From positions 10,044,001-10,108,000 of the forward strand of contig CM022669.1 in NCBI GenBank assembly GCA_012295275.1: a stretch of DNA of 64,000 nucleotides. Reading direction: 5' to 3'. The DNA is from Chrysomallon squamiferum. Lineage: Eukaryota; Animalia; Mollusca. Positions 40,051-54,335 of the stretch are shown here, one piece after another (the first letter of the stretch is position 1; every line of letters starts with the position of its first letter). A program made the translations under genes and the position numbers. A model generated the notes under the pieces. That model saw nothing but the letters and a program-made list of their open reading frames with translations, ran no database searches and was not told where the DNA came from.

Positions 40051-41641
40051 ATTGAATATCTACATGTTTGATATCGCTGATTATGAAATACGACTTTTTA
40101 GATCAGTTTAAAAAATTTACAACCTGCAGTAAAATAATTATCAAACAAGCACGCATGTATTAATATATTCAAAACAAATTTAGATAAATTCAAAGTTCAA
40201 AATTGTTGCTAAATTTCGAATTTAAAATCTTTAATAAAATTTTAATAAAAGTATCTAGACATTTTTTTATGTTTTCTTTTTTTATTTGTTTTTATGTGTA
40301 CATCACTTATCAGAAAATTTCCAGAAAGTGTTATAAAATATAAATCGATTTTTAAGTCATCACAGATGCGTCAGTTTTTTAGTCGTTCTTTTTCCTTCTT
40401 TTTTATTATTTTATATATTTTAATTTATTTATTTATTTGATCTGCCATAATTACAGATGTCTAAATAATAAATATAAAAAATCCCTAAAAGTACATAGTT
40501 ATTAATTAACATAAATTAATCATCTAGATATTAATTTATCAAGTTTTTAAAACGAGTCAGTTATATTTAGTCAGGTGTTTGTAATCATGACAACAAATCA
40601 TACATACCTTGATAACATACTTACATATAACTATTTTACGGTAAAGTTAACATAGTCCATCAGTTTATCCCTGCGTTCTTTAAACACATTTTGTTTAATT
40701 TTTTCAGTATCAAAATAATGATTGTATGAACTCGTTATTCAACATTCTCGACATTTTGCTTCAGGTCTCCTCTAAGCCTTTCTTTTCTGGGATTTTAGGG
40801 AGGGGTTGTGTTGTTGAGTTGTTGTTTTTGGTTTGTTTTTGTGTTTTTTTTTTTTTTTTTAAATTGAAAAGTCTTAATTATTTATCAGTTTCGGTGTTTA
40901 CATTTCACCTTCATTGAAATGAATGAGTATATAACATTTGACTGAATAACAACACATTCTTGATCCTTCGGCGAGTTAAACCATGCGACAGAATGTGTAC
41001 AAAATGTACTGTAGTTCTAATATGTGCATTTCAAATAAAATGTATTCTACCCGTTGTATTATTACAACGTTGATAATTAGATAACCTGAAAAATACTGGG
41101 ATTTATATTCTGTACAAACTAATTATTTTTTGTATTGGATTTTCTTGACAGTAAAATTAAAATAATAATAATAATAATAATAATAAGTATAAAAATAAAC
41201 TATTTAAAATGACTTTTCGAAAGTGTAGTATTTATGTACAGACAATAAAACTGATTGTTGTAAATATAGTTGTTTTTAATAATTACCTTCAGTTGTTATT
41301 GTTTGATTTGTTGATGTGGGTTTTTTTTTTTGTGATTTTTAGTATGTGTTTTTTTTTTTTTTTTTTTTTTTTTATTTATTTATTTATTCACTGATATAGT
41401 TATTATCCTTAAACAAGATTAAAGGGAATACCATTCAAAATAATGAAATAAAAATTATTTAACCCCCAAAATATATTTTTTTAATCGGAACAGAATAGAC
41501 AGTAATTTCATATTTGTTCTACAAATTCCCGTTCCTTTCAGTTTGATGGCTGCCCTTATGCATTTCTATATATCAATATCATTATTGTTATTTTATTTTA
41601 TTTTATTTTGTATTATTTATTGTTTTATATATATATATATA

Positions 41642-41676
<35 letters not shown>

Positions 41677-41800
41677 TTTTTTTTTTTTTTTTTAATAGTG
41701 TCCGCCCATGAAAGTCTGATATCAGAGATCATGAATACTGAGTATCAAAAAACAATCAGAATTTACTCAAAGTCGTTCACGTCATTTCTGACACAAATAC

Positions 41801-41831
<31 letters not shown>

Positions 41832-42265
41832 GAAATAATAAATAAATAATAAATAGAAGAAGAAGAATGAATGAATGAAAGAAAATATTAATAATAATAA
41901 TAATAATAAAGAATGAGTAAACAAAATAAAATTTAAAAGAATAATAATAATAATAATAAAAGACGAACACAAAATGCTTTGCTAAATGTTAGTATAACGT
42001 GATCTGCACACTGAAGCAAATCATGCGAACGCGTTCAACAGATTTATGATGTTACGATAACACTAACATAATGTGTCAATATCAAACAGGCGGCCATGTG
42101 TTTGATGTCAGCAGGACATTAGCAATCGTTGTGGGAGAAATTCAAGTTCTGCTATGGCAGTGTTTAAGACTAATTTCATGCAGTTTCCTAAAAGTTGTCT
42201 GCGCTTGCTTTTGAATTATTCCATCAGCGGTCTCATAACACCTTTTTTGTTCTTTTTTTTTCTTC

Positions 42266-42333
<68 letters not shown>

Positions 42334-42698
42334 CTCGTTTCTTTTTACCTCGGCCATTCGTCAATAAATATTTCTACAAACATTTTCCTGTCTTAAATTG
42401 AGTTTTTTTTTTTTTTTTTTTATTCGTGTTTCAATAAAAGCTGAATATAACAGGACAGTTGTAAAAGTTGATTTTAATATTGATTTATACAACATGTTAT
42501 ACTGTCTGCCATTGCCTCTCATAATCTACGTGTTTGACATGTGTTAAATAGTAATTAGCACAGAAAAACACTGAGTTATTACATGTTAGTGTACTTTGCA
42601 AAAATAGTATTGTTTGCTCGTGATAAAGTTGGTTTTTGTTTTCTTTTCTTTTCCTCGGGGGTGTTATTGTTATTGTTGTTATTATTTATTTATATATA

Positions 42699-42773
<75 letters not shown>

Positions 42774-45647
42774 TATTATTATTTTATTTATTTTTTGGAA
42801 CAAGAAAGATAAGTATTTCTGTTAGTCACTCATTCTGAGTGTTTATATGTATGTGTGTATGTACAGGTGTAGGTCTACAGGTGTGTTTGTGTTTACATAC
42901 ACATGTATTATACAATCCATGCACATTTATCTGAACCAGCAGTTTGATTTCAGGAAAATCATCATGTGATGTTCCGCTTTTTTTTTTATTTCTTCTTTTT
43001 TTCTTCTTTTTTTTTTTTATTGAATTTGCTGATCTTACTGAAAATAGTTTGGATAAATATAGAAAATATTTATAAAAATTTCCAAACCTTTTTTTTTTTT
43101 TTTTTTTTTTTTTTTTCATTTCAGCAACATAAACAAAAAGAAAAATGGCTGCTAATTTCAGACAGCAGGTTTGAAACCATCTCGGATTTATTTGTTGCGA
43201 TCTTGAATTCGACACTTTCGAATAATTGGGCAAAATCCGAGAAACTTTGATTGCCACCACTGCTTGATTTAACAACAACTGACAGGCTTAAATTTCTTTA
43301 TGAGAAGACAATGATTATAAAAACAAATTATTTCATTATTTAATAAACGGAACTCTGTTTTTAATAATAGTTATCGGATTCAGTAATACAAATTTCAGTG
43401 CCTCTTAGTAGAAATATATTTAATGGAGTACTAAAAAAAAATAATTATATATTAGTATAGTGAATTCATGTTCAGCAAGGATTTGTCTATTATGAGAGTA
43501 GAAAAAAAAAAAAAAAAAAAAAAAAATTAATTGATCTTAGTGATGATCGTAAAAATTCGTTACCAATTCCAGCAAGAAAGCACTATAATTTTGATCTTTT
43601 GTGTGTGTGTGTGTGTGTGTGTGTGATTTTTATCAGATAGTTATTAATATATTACAGTTTTGTTAATTTAATAGCATTCTCTATACTGCGAAAACATCAA
43701 TAATAAATCGGGTATTTAAAGAGAATTTTCGGGACTTTACACGGTAAAGATTTCAAAATTGTTTCATATTAACCAGTCTCTGTAGATTATTTTTACACAA
43801 CACAAAAAGCGTGTATGAGAAGATGTGAATTCGCATTCGAGTGTACTGAAAACGATACGGGAGAGAATATATGCATTTTATATCACAAACGAACATTTTT
43901 ATTTGTTTTTACAAACACTGGTAATTTCGGATGGTGTTTGATCTTTTGTTTGACATTCGATACACATACTGTACTTGTTTTCATTTCAGTGTAGCCTTAA
44001 TGATGCGAACGCAAAATATGTTGTATACATGTACTGCAGCATCTTTGTTTTTGTATCTCCTATCAACCAATCTTTACTAACAGTTAAACTTAATAAAATT
44101 ACCATCCGGCAAGGACATATGAAGGCTGACACTTTCCATTTACCGGCATTTCGTGCAAAAACCAAAAATAAAAATTAATTTTAAATTCCTGATAACTGTT
44201 ATATAACATAATAATATTTATTACCTTTGTACTGTATTTTTGTTCAAGACAGTATAATACAGTCTATAAAATATATATTCAAATGACATAAAAACGGAGA
44301 AAATACGATGACATTAAGACTACAACTATATAATTCAAGACTGTTTAAAACAGCTTTCAGCACTGAAAGGACACGTTTATTAGCTTTTCTCCAGTGATCT
44401 GAGCGAAAATATTCTCATATACTTATTACCCAACAGTCTACTGAGGTTAACAGGCTTTTACATTTGCTTGTGTAAGTTGGGTAATCTAGAAATATTACGC
44501 GTTATATATCACTGTTGTAGCGTCGCGGCGTTTATACTTTAACTAAAGAAAACATTTGAACACCCATAATTCAAGATATTTGTAACGTTCACTTTGAAAA
44601 GTAAAAATGACGCATGGCCAGTATGTATAGTTAAAGCTACTTTGCTCGGCAAGCAGCTAATGGTTAATAAATCTCGCGCAGGGGTCGCGTTTCCACGCCA
44701 GTAATGGACGTCGACATCTTTGTCCGCCTGCCTGCGCATTCCGGCAATAACATCGTGTTTATGATGTGTGTTTGTGGGGCGGCTTAATGGCGCTTAAGAA
44801 TATCGGTGTCACAAGCAGTGGTAACAACGTCAAACGACAAACCAATGGGGTTAGACAGTTTTCGTGATAAATCAGTTTCGTTTAAGCACTTATTGCACAT
44901 TCTGTTTAAAGATTCAAGTTTCCATTCTAACAGTCATGTTGTGTTACCGTTACTTTTTTTTTTTTTTTTGGTATTATTTGTTTATTTAGAATCATCTGTT
45001 ATTAATATTTTGTTGTTTTTGTAATTGTTATTGCTATTATTATTATTATTATTGTTATTATTGTTGTTGTTGTTATTATTATTATTATTATTATTATTGT
45101 TATTATTTTGCTTTTCTTATTACTGTTGCTACAAGAATTACTGCTGTGCTGTTGAATGTATGTCTGACTAATTAATGCATGGGTACACTAAAGTGCGCTG
45201 AATTGCACGGGCGTCTAAATTAATAAATATATGAAGTGTTCGGATATGGTTCACTACTAGTAAACAGTAGAATGTTGCATATGTTATATAAAGCATTGGA
45301 TTTTGCATTTTGACTTGTTCTGTGAAAGACTGGGACATGTTTTATCGAATTTCTTTTACCACGCGAGAAAATCCCTACATTATAGTTATATATCTTTTTA
45401 ATAAACTTTCAAAAAAGACTTATTTAGAGTTAGAGATATTTAGCGTTTGCAGAAAATAAAGCTCTATTAACACTTTTAAAGTCAGATTCATTAGTTTTTG
45501 TTTAATTAATAAAACGCAGAAGTTAGCAAACAAATAAAACACTGAAAAACAGGAATAGGCGTGGGAATACATGACAAATATGTTTAAGTGAGAATTCAAA
45601 TCAATAACATGAAGAAGTTATAACAAACTACTTTACATATAAAAACG

Positions 45648-45742
45648 AAGAAGAAGAAGAAGAAGAAGAAGAAGAAGAAGAAGAAGAAGAAAGAAGAAAT
45701 GCTCAAGATGATGAAGAGAAAAACCCCAGCACATCTTTAGAA

Positions 45743-45829
<87 letters not shown>
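45648..45829. repeat. (GAA)n and (CT)n microsatellites
   Basis: Directly visible. Confidence 0.95.
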
Positions 45830-45832
<3 letters not shown>

Positions 45833-46279
45833 TTCAAGAACTGGATCTCACGTTTAAAAAAAGGAACATTAAAAATCTTCGAATGGAGGCTGACAAATGA
45901 GGCTAACTGCTGTTAAATCCGTCAGTTTACGAAAGCAGAAAATGATTTCTACAAAACAGACATCACTTTGAGAATTGTGTTACGTATTTATTGGAAAACA
46001 GAACACAGCTCTTGACAAATGATGCGTAATCCAAACTTATTGCATCTGACGCAAACTCGAATGCATGTATTTTTGTTCCCCCTTTTTTTTTTTTTTTAAA
46101 TACAGGAGAAATAAATTCAATAAAAGGATGAGAAAGAAAAGCCAAAAAATGTACGAAAAAGATATTTTACGCATAATATTCGTATAAAGTAGAAACATAA
46201 TATTTAAATGCTAAATATTCTTTGGTCAAAACAAAGTAAAAATGTTTAAAAAAAAAAATTAAAACAACGAGCAAAAACC

Positions 46280-46328
<49 letters not shown>

Positions 46329-47545
46329 TATTATGTAGCTGTTGATCTAACATCGAACTGAAAATTCTAAAATTGTTTTTACTCAGTCTGAAAAGATGTG
46401 GTGAAAATGTTTTCATGTATTTTATACTGAACATCAATAATTTTCTAATTTTCTTAATTTTCCCGAACAACTCCGAAAGGTAACGAATATAAACGATCCA
46501 TCTTTGAACATCGGATAATATATATGGCTACACCTGCGATTTTCCGCAACCTTTCCAGATCATCAGTTTTTCCGGAAAAAAAGTTACATAATAATAATAT
46601 AACGATACACCTAAGAACAACTAAATATATATTTATATATACCATGATTATAATACATAGGCACTGCTGGAAACGTAAATGAAATAAATTTTAAATGTAA
46701 ATCAAATTATTAAATGCAATATGTCAATGTAAATGGTGCAGGTTAGTTAGAACTGTATGTTTTAATAAAAGCAGTTTATTAATTTAAATATATCTTAAAT
46801 GTAATGAATTTCAAACTAACTTTATCCGGTCTGAAAGAGAGTCGATTGTACACCTATATCACGCATTAATTTATTTTGGAATCAGTGAAAGTAAAATTTA
46901 TTCCGTAATAAATTTACATCTATTTTTTGCGGGTTAATAATATATACAATTAAATTTAGAATTATTACACAAATCCAACGATTTCAGGGATAAGGAGTTA
47001 AAAGAAAACAAATAAAATGAATTAAAATAAAATATAGTAAAACAAAATAAAATAAATTAAAGCAAACAAATAAATCGATCAACAAAAACTAATTCCTCCC
47101 CATGGATTCACCTACATGCAACATACGACAATTCGATTTATGTCTGTTTGTTGGGTTTTTTTCCTGATTTTTCTTTCTTGTGTAGTTCATTTTTATTAAT
47201 TAAGTAATTAATCGTTTCTAAATTGTTTGATTAATCTGCAACAAACCCTTGAAGAGAGACGAATTATTTCTGTTTCAGAACTAAAATAAAAACATCTAAT
47301 TTATCTTTAGTGCAGTTCGTATCCTTAAAAGTGTACTTGAAACTTGATTATTTTCAAGAGAGTATGATTTGCATTAGAAGGAGGCGATATAAAGAATGAC
47401 GAGGTGTGATGATAAACTGGTATTAAAATACCAATAAATGAAACAGAACGGTGGAAATATAAAAGCATATAAAATATATTAATAAATAATGTCCATATAA
47501 AAGTATCACCAAAACCGTAAAATTAGGTGAATTCTTTTTTTTTTT

Positions 47546-47612
<67 letters not shown>

Positions 47613-47850
47613 ATAAATAAATAAATAAATAAAATAAAATAAAACAAAATAAAATTGCTTGGTTTTTTTTTTTTTTTAAATATAATTTTAAACAGTATCA
47701 CTATTTTTAATTTATTTGTATAATTATAATATAAAATCAATTTGAATTTGAGACATCCTTTTAGCATTGAAGGAAATAAGAGTTGCGGCCCTTCTCATAG
47801 ATACAACATGGCTGAGACTGATAGTTGACCGTAACTACGTTAGTACCGAT

Positions 47851-50800
47851 ATGGATGACGATTCATCACATGCGTTTCCAGTTGAACAACTTAATGTTGG
47901 GATAGTCAAATATTTAGGTACGTGTTTCGTTTGCTATTCATATCTCCTCGAATTCTGTCTCTCTATCTCTCTCTCAGTAAAAACAGATAGTTTCGTTTGT
48001 CATTTGTCATTCTAGTACTTTATTATAAGTATATAGTATAAAGTTTTAAGTAAATTATAAATATTAACGTTGAACGTTTCGAATCATGTAAAATAAACTT
48101 ATTTTTATAAGATTACACAAACCACAAAGAATGAAAATTAATAAACATAATCTAAATATCTTTTGTAAGTAAAGCTTCTAATGTGACAACATTATTAAAA
48201 GAGTTTAAATCACTGTTTAGAAAAGAAGAAAGGAATATGTAAGGTAATCTTAGAAGACCATAAACCGGCGGACAGACATGCAGTTCTTACCTGGGAACAG
48301 GTATACAATTTAAATACCACTATAATGAGGATTCGTTTTCTTTCACTTGTTTTCTTTGATAAATTTTGTATAATATTTCTTTATAATTTTTAGTATCATT
48401 TAGCTGTTTTTATTTATTTATAAATTTATTTGTTTTTATTTATTTATTTATTTATTACTGTGTGTCTGCTGTTTGATATAAATAGTGTTTATTTAATCCA
48501 TTTTGTTACTGTTGTTGTTGTTGTTGTTGTTGTTTTTATTATTATGTGGATTTTACTTTTATGAGAAACAGTTAAATAAGCAAACAAATCCCTACAAAAA
48601 TCATAGAAAAGGAAGAAAATTTACATTTAGTTTTTGCATAAATCTGTTTTATTTATTGTGTTACAGAAGAATTTTACTGTGATGTTATATGTAGCCTACT
48701 GCACTATAATCAGGTTATCAAATATATTATCTACAATTCACTATACAATACAGATTATTATTGTTGTTGTTGTTATTTGTATTTGTATTTTCAGCGCAAT
48801 ACAAGTTTATTGCCAGAAGATATGAAGAGTTTTTATTTAACATCAAATGGCTTTGATCTCACATGGTCTGTCAAAATGGAAAGTAAGACTTCAGTTTGTC
48901 AAGTTATTATTTATTTATTATTTTATTTAATATTTCATTTCATTTCATTTCATTTTTCAGTTCAGTTCAGTTCAGTTCAGTTCAGTTCAGTTCAGTTCAG
49001 TTCAGTTCAGTTCAGTTCAGTTCAGTTCAGTTCAGTTCAGTTCAGTTTATTTTATTTTATTATTATTTACTTGTTTTAATTCAGTGATTAAAACAAGGTA
49101 AATTTCTTTTAATTAAAATATTATTCCAATTAAACACTTATTACAATAAACAAATACTTTATTTCAAGGTAAAAATGTACATCACATTCCATTATTTCAA
49201 AGTATTATATTATTCCAGTGTTTATTTCTAGATGGTACAATTCCTGTTGGTAAGATGCATATAAACCCAATCACTCAGTTGATAAAAATTAATAGCACAC
49301 AAGAAAAGTCATCTAGCATCCAGCCATCATTAGCTGACCTGGACTCCCAGTCTGAGGATGAGGAAGGCTCATCAGGTAAATAAATATTACCTTAAACATG
49401 TATTACAATTGTCTGGTAAGTTGAGTAATCATATCTGAAATCTACCAGTTGTGAGAACAGTGTATCTTATATCAGTGATATATTTATAAATTACTTTATT
49501 TTTTATTTTTTTTCATCTTACTATGTCTGCTAACATCAGCTTTTCCAATTCTTCAGAATGCTCTGGTTCATCAAAGGCTACAATAAGTTTTCTTCTGTCT
49601 ATGGGAATGTCTGTGAAAAATATACTTTCTGTTAATTGAAAATGATTTCCTGTCAAAATTTTTATCATTACAAAAGTTGTATATCTTATAAAAAAAAAGT
49701 GTTAAGTAAATATTAATTTATTGAATTTTCTCTCACTCAGGTTCTGATAAACCGTCTCTAACAGGGTCAAGTCGAATCTATGAACTGGATCCTTGCAATG
49801 GTTATGGAAAAGTATGTCTTGTTTACAAAGCAGCAAGGAAAGGTAACCAAATTTTTAAAAATATTTTACTAGCTTACTGTTGGTCAAAAAAAAAAAAGAA
49901 TGTTGTATTCATATTGGTAAACTTTACAGATGTTAACAGCAGGAGTGAGAGATGATGAATGAAGTGATGGAATAAGAAAATAAAAATTAAATTAAAAATA
50001 TGTGAAAATAAAATATCTGATGGATATGTTTATACATACATTAATTTGACACATATGCATAGCTGAGAAAAGTGGTTCATCACTTACACAAGGAAACATC
50101 TAATGCAAACGTGAAATAATACAATTTATATATGGGTCATTCCGAGTCAAATCACCCAATGGGTTAAACCTGACCATCTCAGATTTTATGACAAGGATTC
50201 CAAATCTGCTATTAATGTTGGGGTACACTGATCTTTTGACCAATATGACCTTGTGGATCAAGTGACTGAATTTTGAGATGACCTTTACTGAAATTTAATC
50301 TCCCACATGTTAACTAAAACATATAAAAGTTTCCTGGGTGTAATATTTTATATTTAGCCATAATATAGATTTAAAAAATGCATACCTGCAATGATGATTG
50401 ATAAAATGCATTACAATGCACATTTTCTACTTCTATACACTTCTCTGAGACGAAAAACTCATCTTTGGAGTTAAAACCCACCTGAAGGAATGCTTGAAGG
50501 AAATGAAAAGATGCCAAATGGCATGACATGTTCTACACAATCAGGCTCAAAGGGTTAATAGGAAGTGAATCTTCAGGCAGGTCAGGAACTCCTTTAGATT
50601 CCCTGGTGCAATCCCCATTGAGCACATGGCAATTAGAAGTTTAATGAAATTACTTCATCTGCATTTCTTTGACAATCTGAAGCTTTCAAGTTGGACACAA
50701 TGTCAAATGTTGATATGTAAGCATTATGTTTTCTTCATAAAACCTATTAAGTCATTTTATCATGTCATGTGGCCTTGCCAATGGTTTTGAACAAGGTTTC

Positions 50801-53800
50801 AGTCAACTACAGTACAACCGTGTCTGAAATCAGACTTCATCAAGTGATGTACTGCATAATGTATTTGACAGTCTTTGGCACAATCATGAACAAGGTCTAC
50901 CTTCACCGATAAACTGTGATATATATTTGGAAAGTTTGACCTAAATGGAAATGCTTGAAATCCGTTGGCAATGACGCATGAACTCTACTGCCATTTTATG
51001 ATTAAACTGAAAGGGTTTCAGGGTTTGATTTGATATTTAGGAAAGCACTGACTTTGTTCTAAAGAAGGTGCACTTCATCTGAAAATCCATTTCTTCCAGG
51101 GCTAACTGCAGCTTTTACTTTTGTGTGTTATCAACACCATGATATCAAAAAGGAGTTATAGCAAAGTGTATCAAAACACAGGACATCAAGAGTATCTGTT
51201 CACATCATGAACAAGAACTTTTAATCAAGTTTTCAACATTGCAGAATAAGTGTTGTGATCTGCTTAATCGCCATCCTAAGCAAGCACGCACTAGATCTTT
51301 AAGAATTGTTAGCATGGGCACTTACAATTGCTTAGTAAATCCTCCAAAGACACTAGTACCAGGAGACAAGTTGTGTGCTGTGACTGTCTGATTAGCATTC
51401 AGAAATCAAAGGTCCAAACCCTTGCAGAGGATGGCTTTAGTATGGGTGTATTACTATGGGAGAATTTGATGGTAACTTGCTAGACAAACTGCCGTTTGTT
51501 GTTTCCCTCAAAAAGGACTTCAATTTGAATTCTACCCTGTTGAGTTTAGGCGAAACTCCTGTTAAACTCCATTCACTAGCATGTTCCAGTAAACAAATGA
51601 AAGGACAGAAAAAAACTAGCATCAGCTACAGTAACATTAAAACAACATCTTGAAACAGTCTATGATATTCCGCTTCATTCTCCTGAAAGTGACCTTGACT
51701 CATAACAAAAATCAGACCTTTCTTTTATTCAGGAGCATGTTGGAGGAGTTAAAAGAGAAATTCAACAAGTCCGTGTCCTACCCAGAGCGTGTGCAAATCT
51801 TGACTTTGTCACCCTTTACCATTGAAAGGACAATGAATGAATTTGAAACATTCAGGTTTTAGTTAATCAGATGTTAATGGCAGAAAACGTGTTATTTTCA
51901 TGGACGCACAATTTTTAAATCTATATTGTGGCTAAACAAAAAATATTACACCCAGGAAACTTTTATATGTTTTACTTAACATGTGGGAGATTAAATTTCA
52001 GTAAAGGTCATCTCACGGTCAATTTCAAGGTCATAACAAAGGTGAAAAGGTCAGTGTACCAATACTAATGGCAGATTTGGAATCCTTGACATACTGCCTT
52101 TTCAACAATACCAATTTTATGAAGATTGTCCCAGTAGTTCCTGAGATATGAGGGTTCAAAAGTTGGTGGTCATGCCCATTTGTGCCAAAAATCTCAAAAT
52201 TCAAGTGGCCACATTTCTCCCACATCACTGGTCCGATTGGCCTAAAATTTCAGATTTTTGCTGTGGGATCCCAGACAACAAGTATAAGAGACTGTCATGT
52301 TTAAATATATACATATGAATATTCTACTATCTTAGATACTGTCAGGATCTTTAATACAAACTTTGCAATTAAATATTCCTATGTTATCATCAGCTGTCAT
52401 ATAACTTTACTATTATGAATTTAAATAACAATTTATCCTTATATTCTATTACAAGCCTTCATAGCCAGACATATATCCATATATATGTATATGTGTGTCA
52501 CTCTCTGCCTCTATGTCTGTATTTCCATCTCTGATGGCATATGTTTATAACTGAATATAAGAATAAATACATATAATATGAATGGTATGCTGAATGTTAT
52601 TATTTTTATTTATTTTTAGGGTTAACAGAACCAGGTATTGAGATTTGGTTTTTAGACCGATCTCTGAGATGGCATTTTCTCACCGGTTCCTTCCTTGCCT
52701 ACTACCGACTCATGATCATGCATCTTGGTCTGCCATTCTGGCAGTACGCCTTCACAGACATTGGACTGAGTGCTCAGTCAAAGGTAACAGTTTTCTCACC
52801 TTTTGACAGGTAAAAATATCTGTTTGTAGGTACATTGCCTGGTCTTTATATAGTCACATGTCTCACCTTAAACCAGGTAATAGTCTCATCTACACAACAT
52901 TCTGGTAGTTAAAATAAATATATATATATTTACAAAGAAGGTTATAAATTCACTACATTGTACTATACCACTAGACACATTACACAAAACTAGTTTAGTG
53001 TTTTGTAAGTAATTTATCTGTTTTCTAAGTAATTATCTGTTTCCTGTTTTGCAAGTAGTTATTTGTATTGTAATTTCTAAGTAATCATCTGTTGTTTTGT
53101 AAGTAATGATCTGTTCTGTCTTCTATAAATAATTATCCGTATTGTAATTTGTCACTAATTATCTGTTTTGTAAGTAATTATTTGCATTGAAATTTCTAAG
53201 TAATTATCTGTTATGTTTTGTAGGTAATTATCTGATTTGTCTTCTATAAATAATTATCTGTTTTGTAGTTTGTCAGTAATTAGCTATTTTCTATCGTCTT
53301 GTAAGTAAGTAATTATTTGTACTGTAATTTCTAAATAATTATCTTTTTGTAATTTCTAATCATCTATTTTCTGGTCTTGTAAATAATTGTCTTGTTTGTG
53401 TTTTTTAAGTCATTATCTGTTTTGTACTTGTAGCAGTGGTTTAACATGTTTGCTCCAGTCAGACTGGATGTTGACAAGGAGATTCTCTGTGATACTTCTA
53501 CCAGTCTCCTCACCTCCCAGACAGTGAAAACCAACCCTCTAGATATCAGCAAGCTGTTCAAAGGAAAAAGTGACAGAAAGTAAGAAACACATACTCACAT
53601 ACACACATACGCTAATTTAGATAGATGTGTCTGTATATGGACATACAGATTACAGAAAGGTACATAGACAGGTGGATCGATAAATTATAGATATATTAAT
53701 GCTAATAGGCCAGTTTTTTAATGCAAAGTATATACATTAAATTTTCTTCTTATATTTCAGAAAAAATGTCCAGTCTCAAAGTCAGTCACAAAATATCAAA

Positions 53801-54335
53801 AAGAAATTACCAGTGACATCAGCCAGGTAAATAATCATAATGAGTTGACATTAGCTAAGAATCTATTCTTATCTAATTACATAAACAAGATATATTTTAT
53901 TACTTGGTAACAATTATCACCTAGAGATATAAAAAGGTACTAAAACATATTGCCCCCTGACCTAAATATTGCTACATTTTGGTTAAAAAATTAATATAAT
54001 TAACAAAATAATTATATATTAGCTAATTAAATATTATGCCAAGTCATATCATCCAAGTTAATGTTCATTTATGACAGAATTAATATGTTGTTACTCTTGG
54101 GTTAATATAAATCTAACAAAATTGTCAAAAATAAAAATAACACTGGAAACAAAAAAAATGTAAATGAAGAAATGAAGAAATTAAATTAAATTGAATTAAA
54201 TAAGATTTAATAAAATAAAATAAAAACAATACATAGTAATTTAAAATAATTATTTTTAATTTTGTTATTAGATCCCAAAGTTCTCTAAGCAGTAAGCCAT
54301 CTTCATCTCACAGTTCTGTGAAAACAATCAAATGA
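47851..54335 (+). CDS. TPGS2: Tubulin polyglutamylase complex subunit 2, 306 aa, 9 exons
   Basis: Exons 47851-47917, 48221-48300, 48795-48882, 49232-49375, 49741-49842, 52620-52783, 53434-53579, 53761-53826, 54272-54335; phases consistent (921 nt). Motifs match TPGS2: WEQ..LPEDMKSFYLTSNGFDLTWSVK, PSLADL, IYELDPCNGYGKVCLVYK, EIWFLDRSLRWHFLT..FLAYYRLMIMHLGLPFWQYAFT..GLS.QSKQWF. Confidence 0.94.
48956..49045 (+). repeat. (TTCAG)18 pentanucleotide microsatellite in TPGS2 intron 3
   Basis: Directly counted; preceded by (CATTT)n. Confidence 0.95.
50134..52290 (+). mobile_element. Decayed long-TIR DNA transposon, probably Sola2-like, in TPGS2 intron 5
   Basis: Begins GGGTCATTCC; ~190-bp inverted repeat pair (about 50188-50385 vs 51903-52092). 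Broken + strand peptides KCCDLLNRH...LVPGDKLC, LNSTLLSLGETPVK and MLEELKEKF...ERVQILTLSP..IERTMNEF resemble N-terminal parts of Sola2-type transposases. The matching right terminus is missing; family assignment is from memory. Confidence 0.7.
53000..53433 (+). repeat. Degenerate short-unit tandem repeat (aagtaattatctgttttgt-like) running up to the TPGS2 exon 7 acceptor
   Basis: Repeated (t)aagtaattatctg(t)ttt blocks, roughly 20-28 bp apart. Confidence 0.8.

Noticed and set aside
50500-51200. Possible second ORF on the minus strand inside the Sola2-like element
   Set aside because: Only short broken peptides with no motif I can identify.
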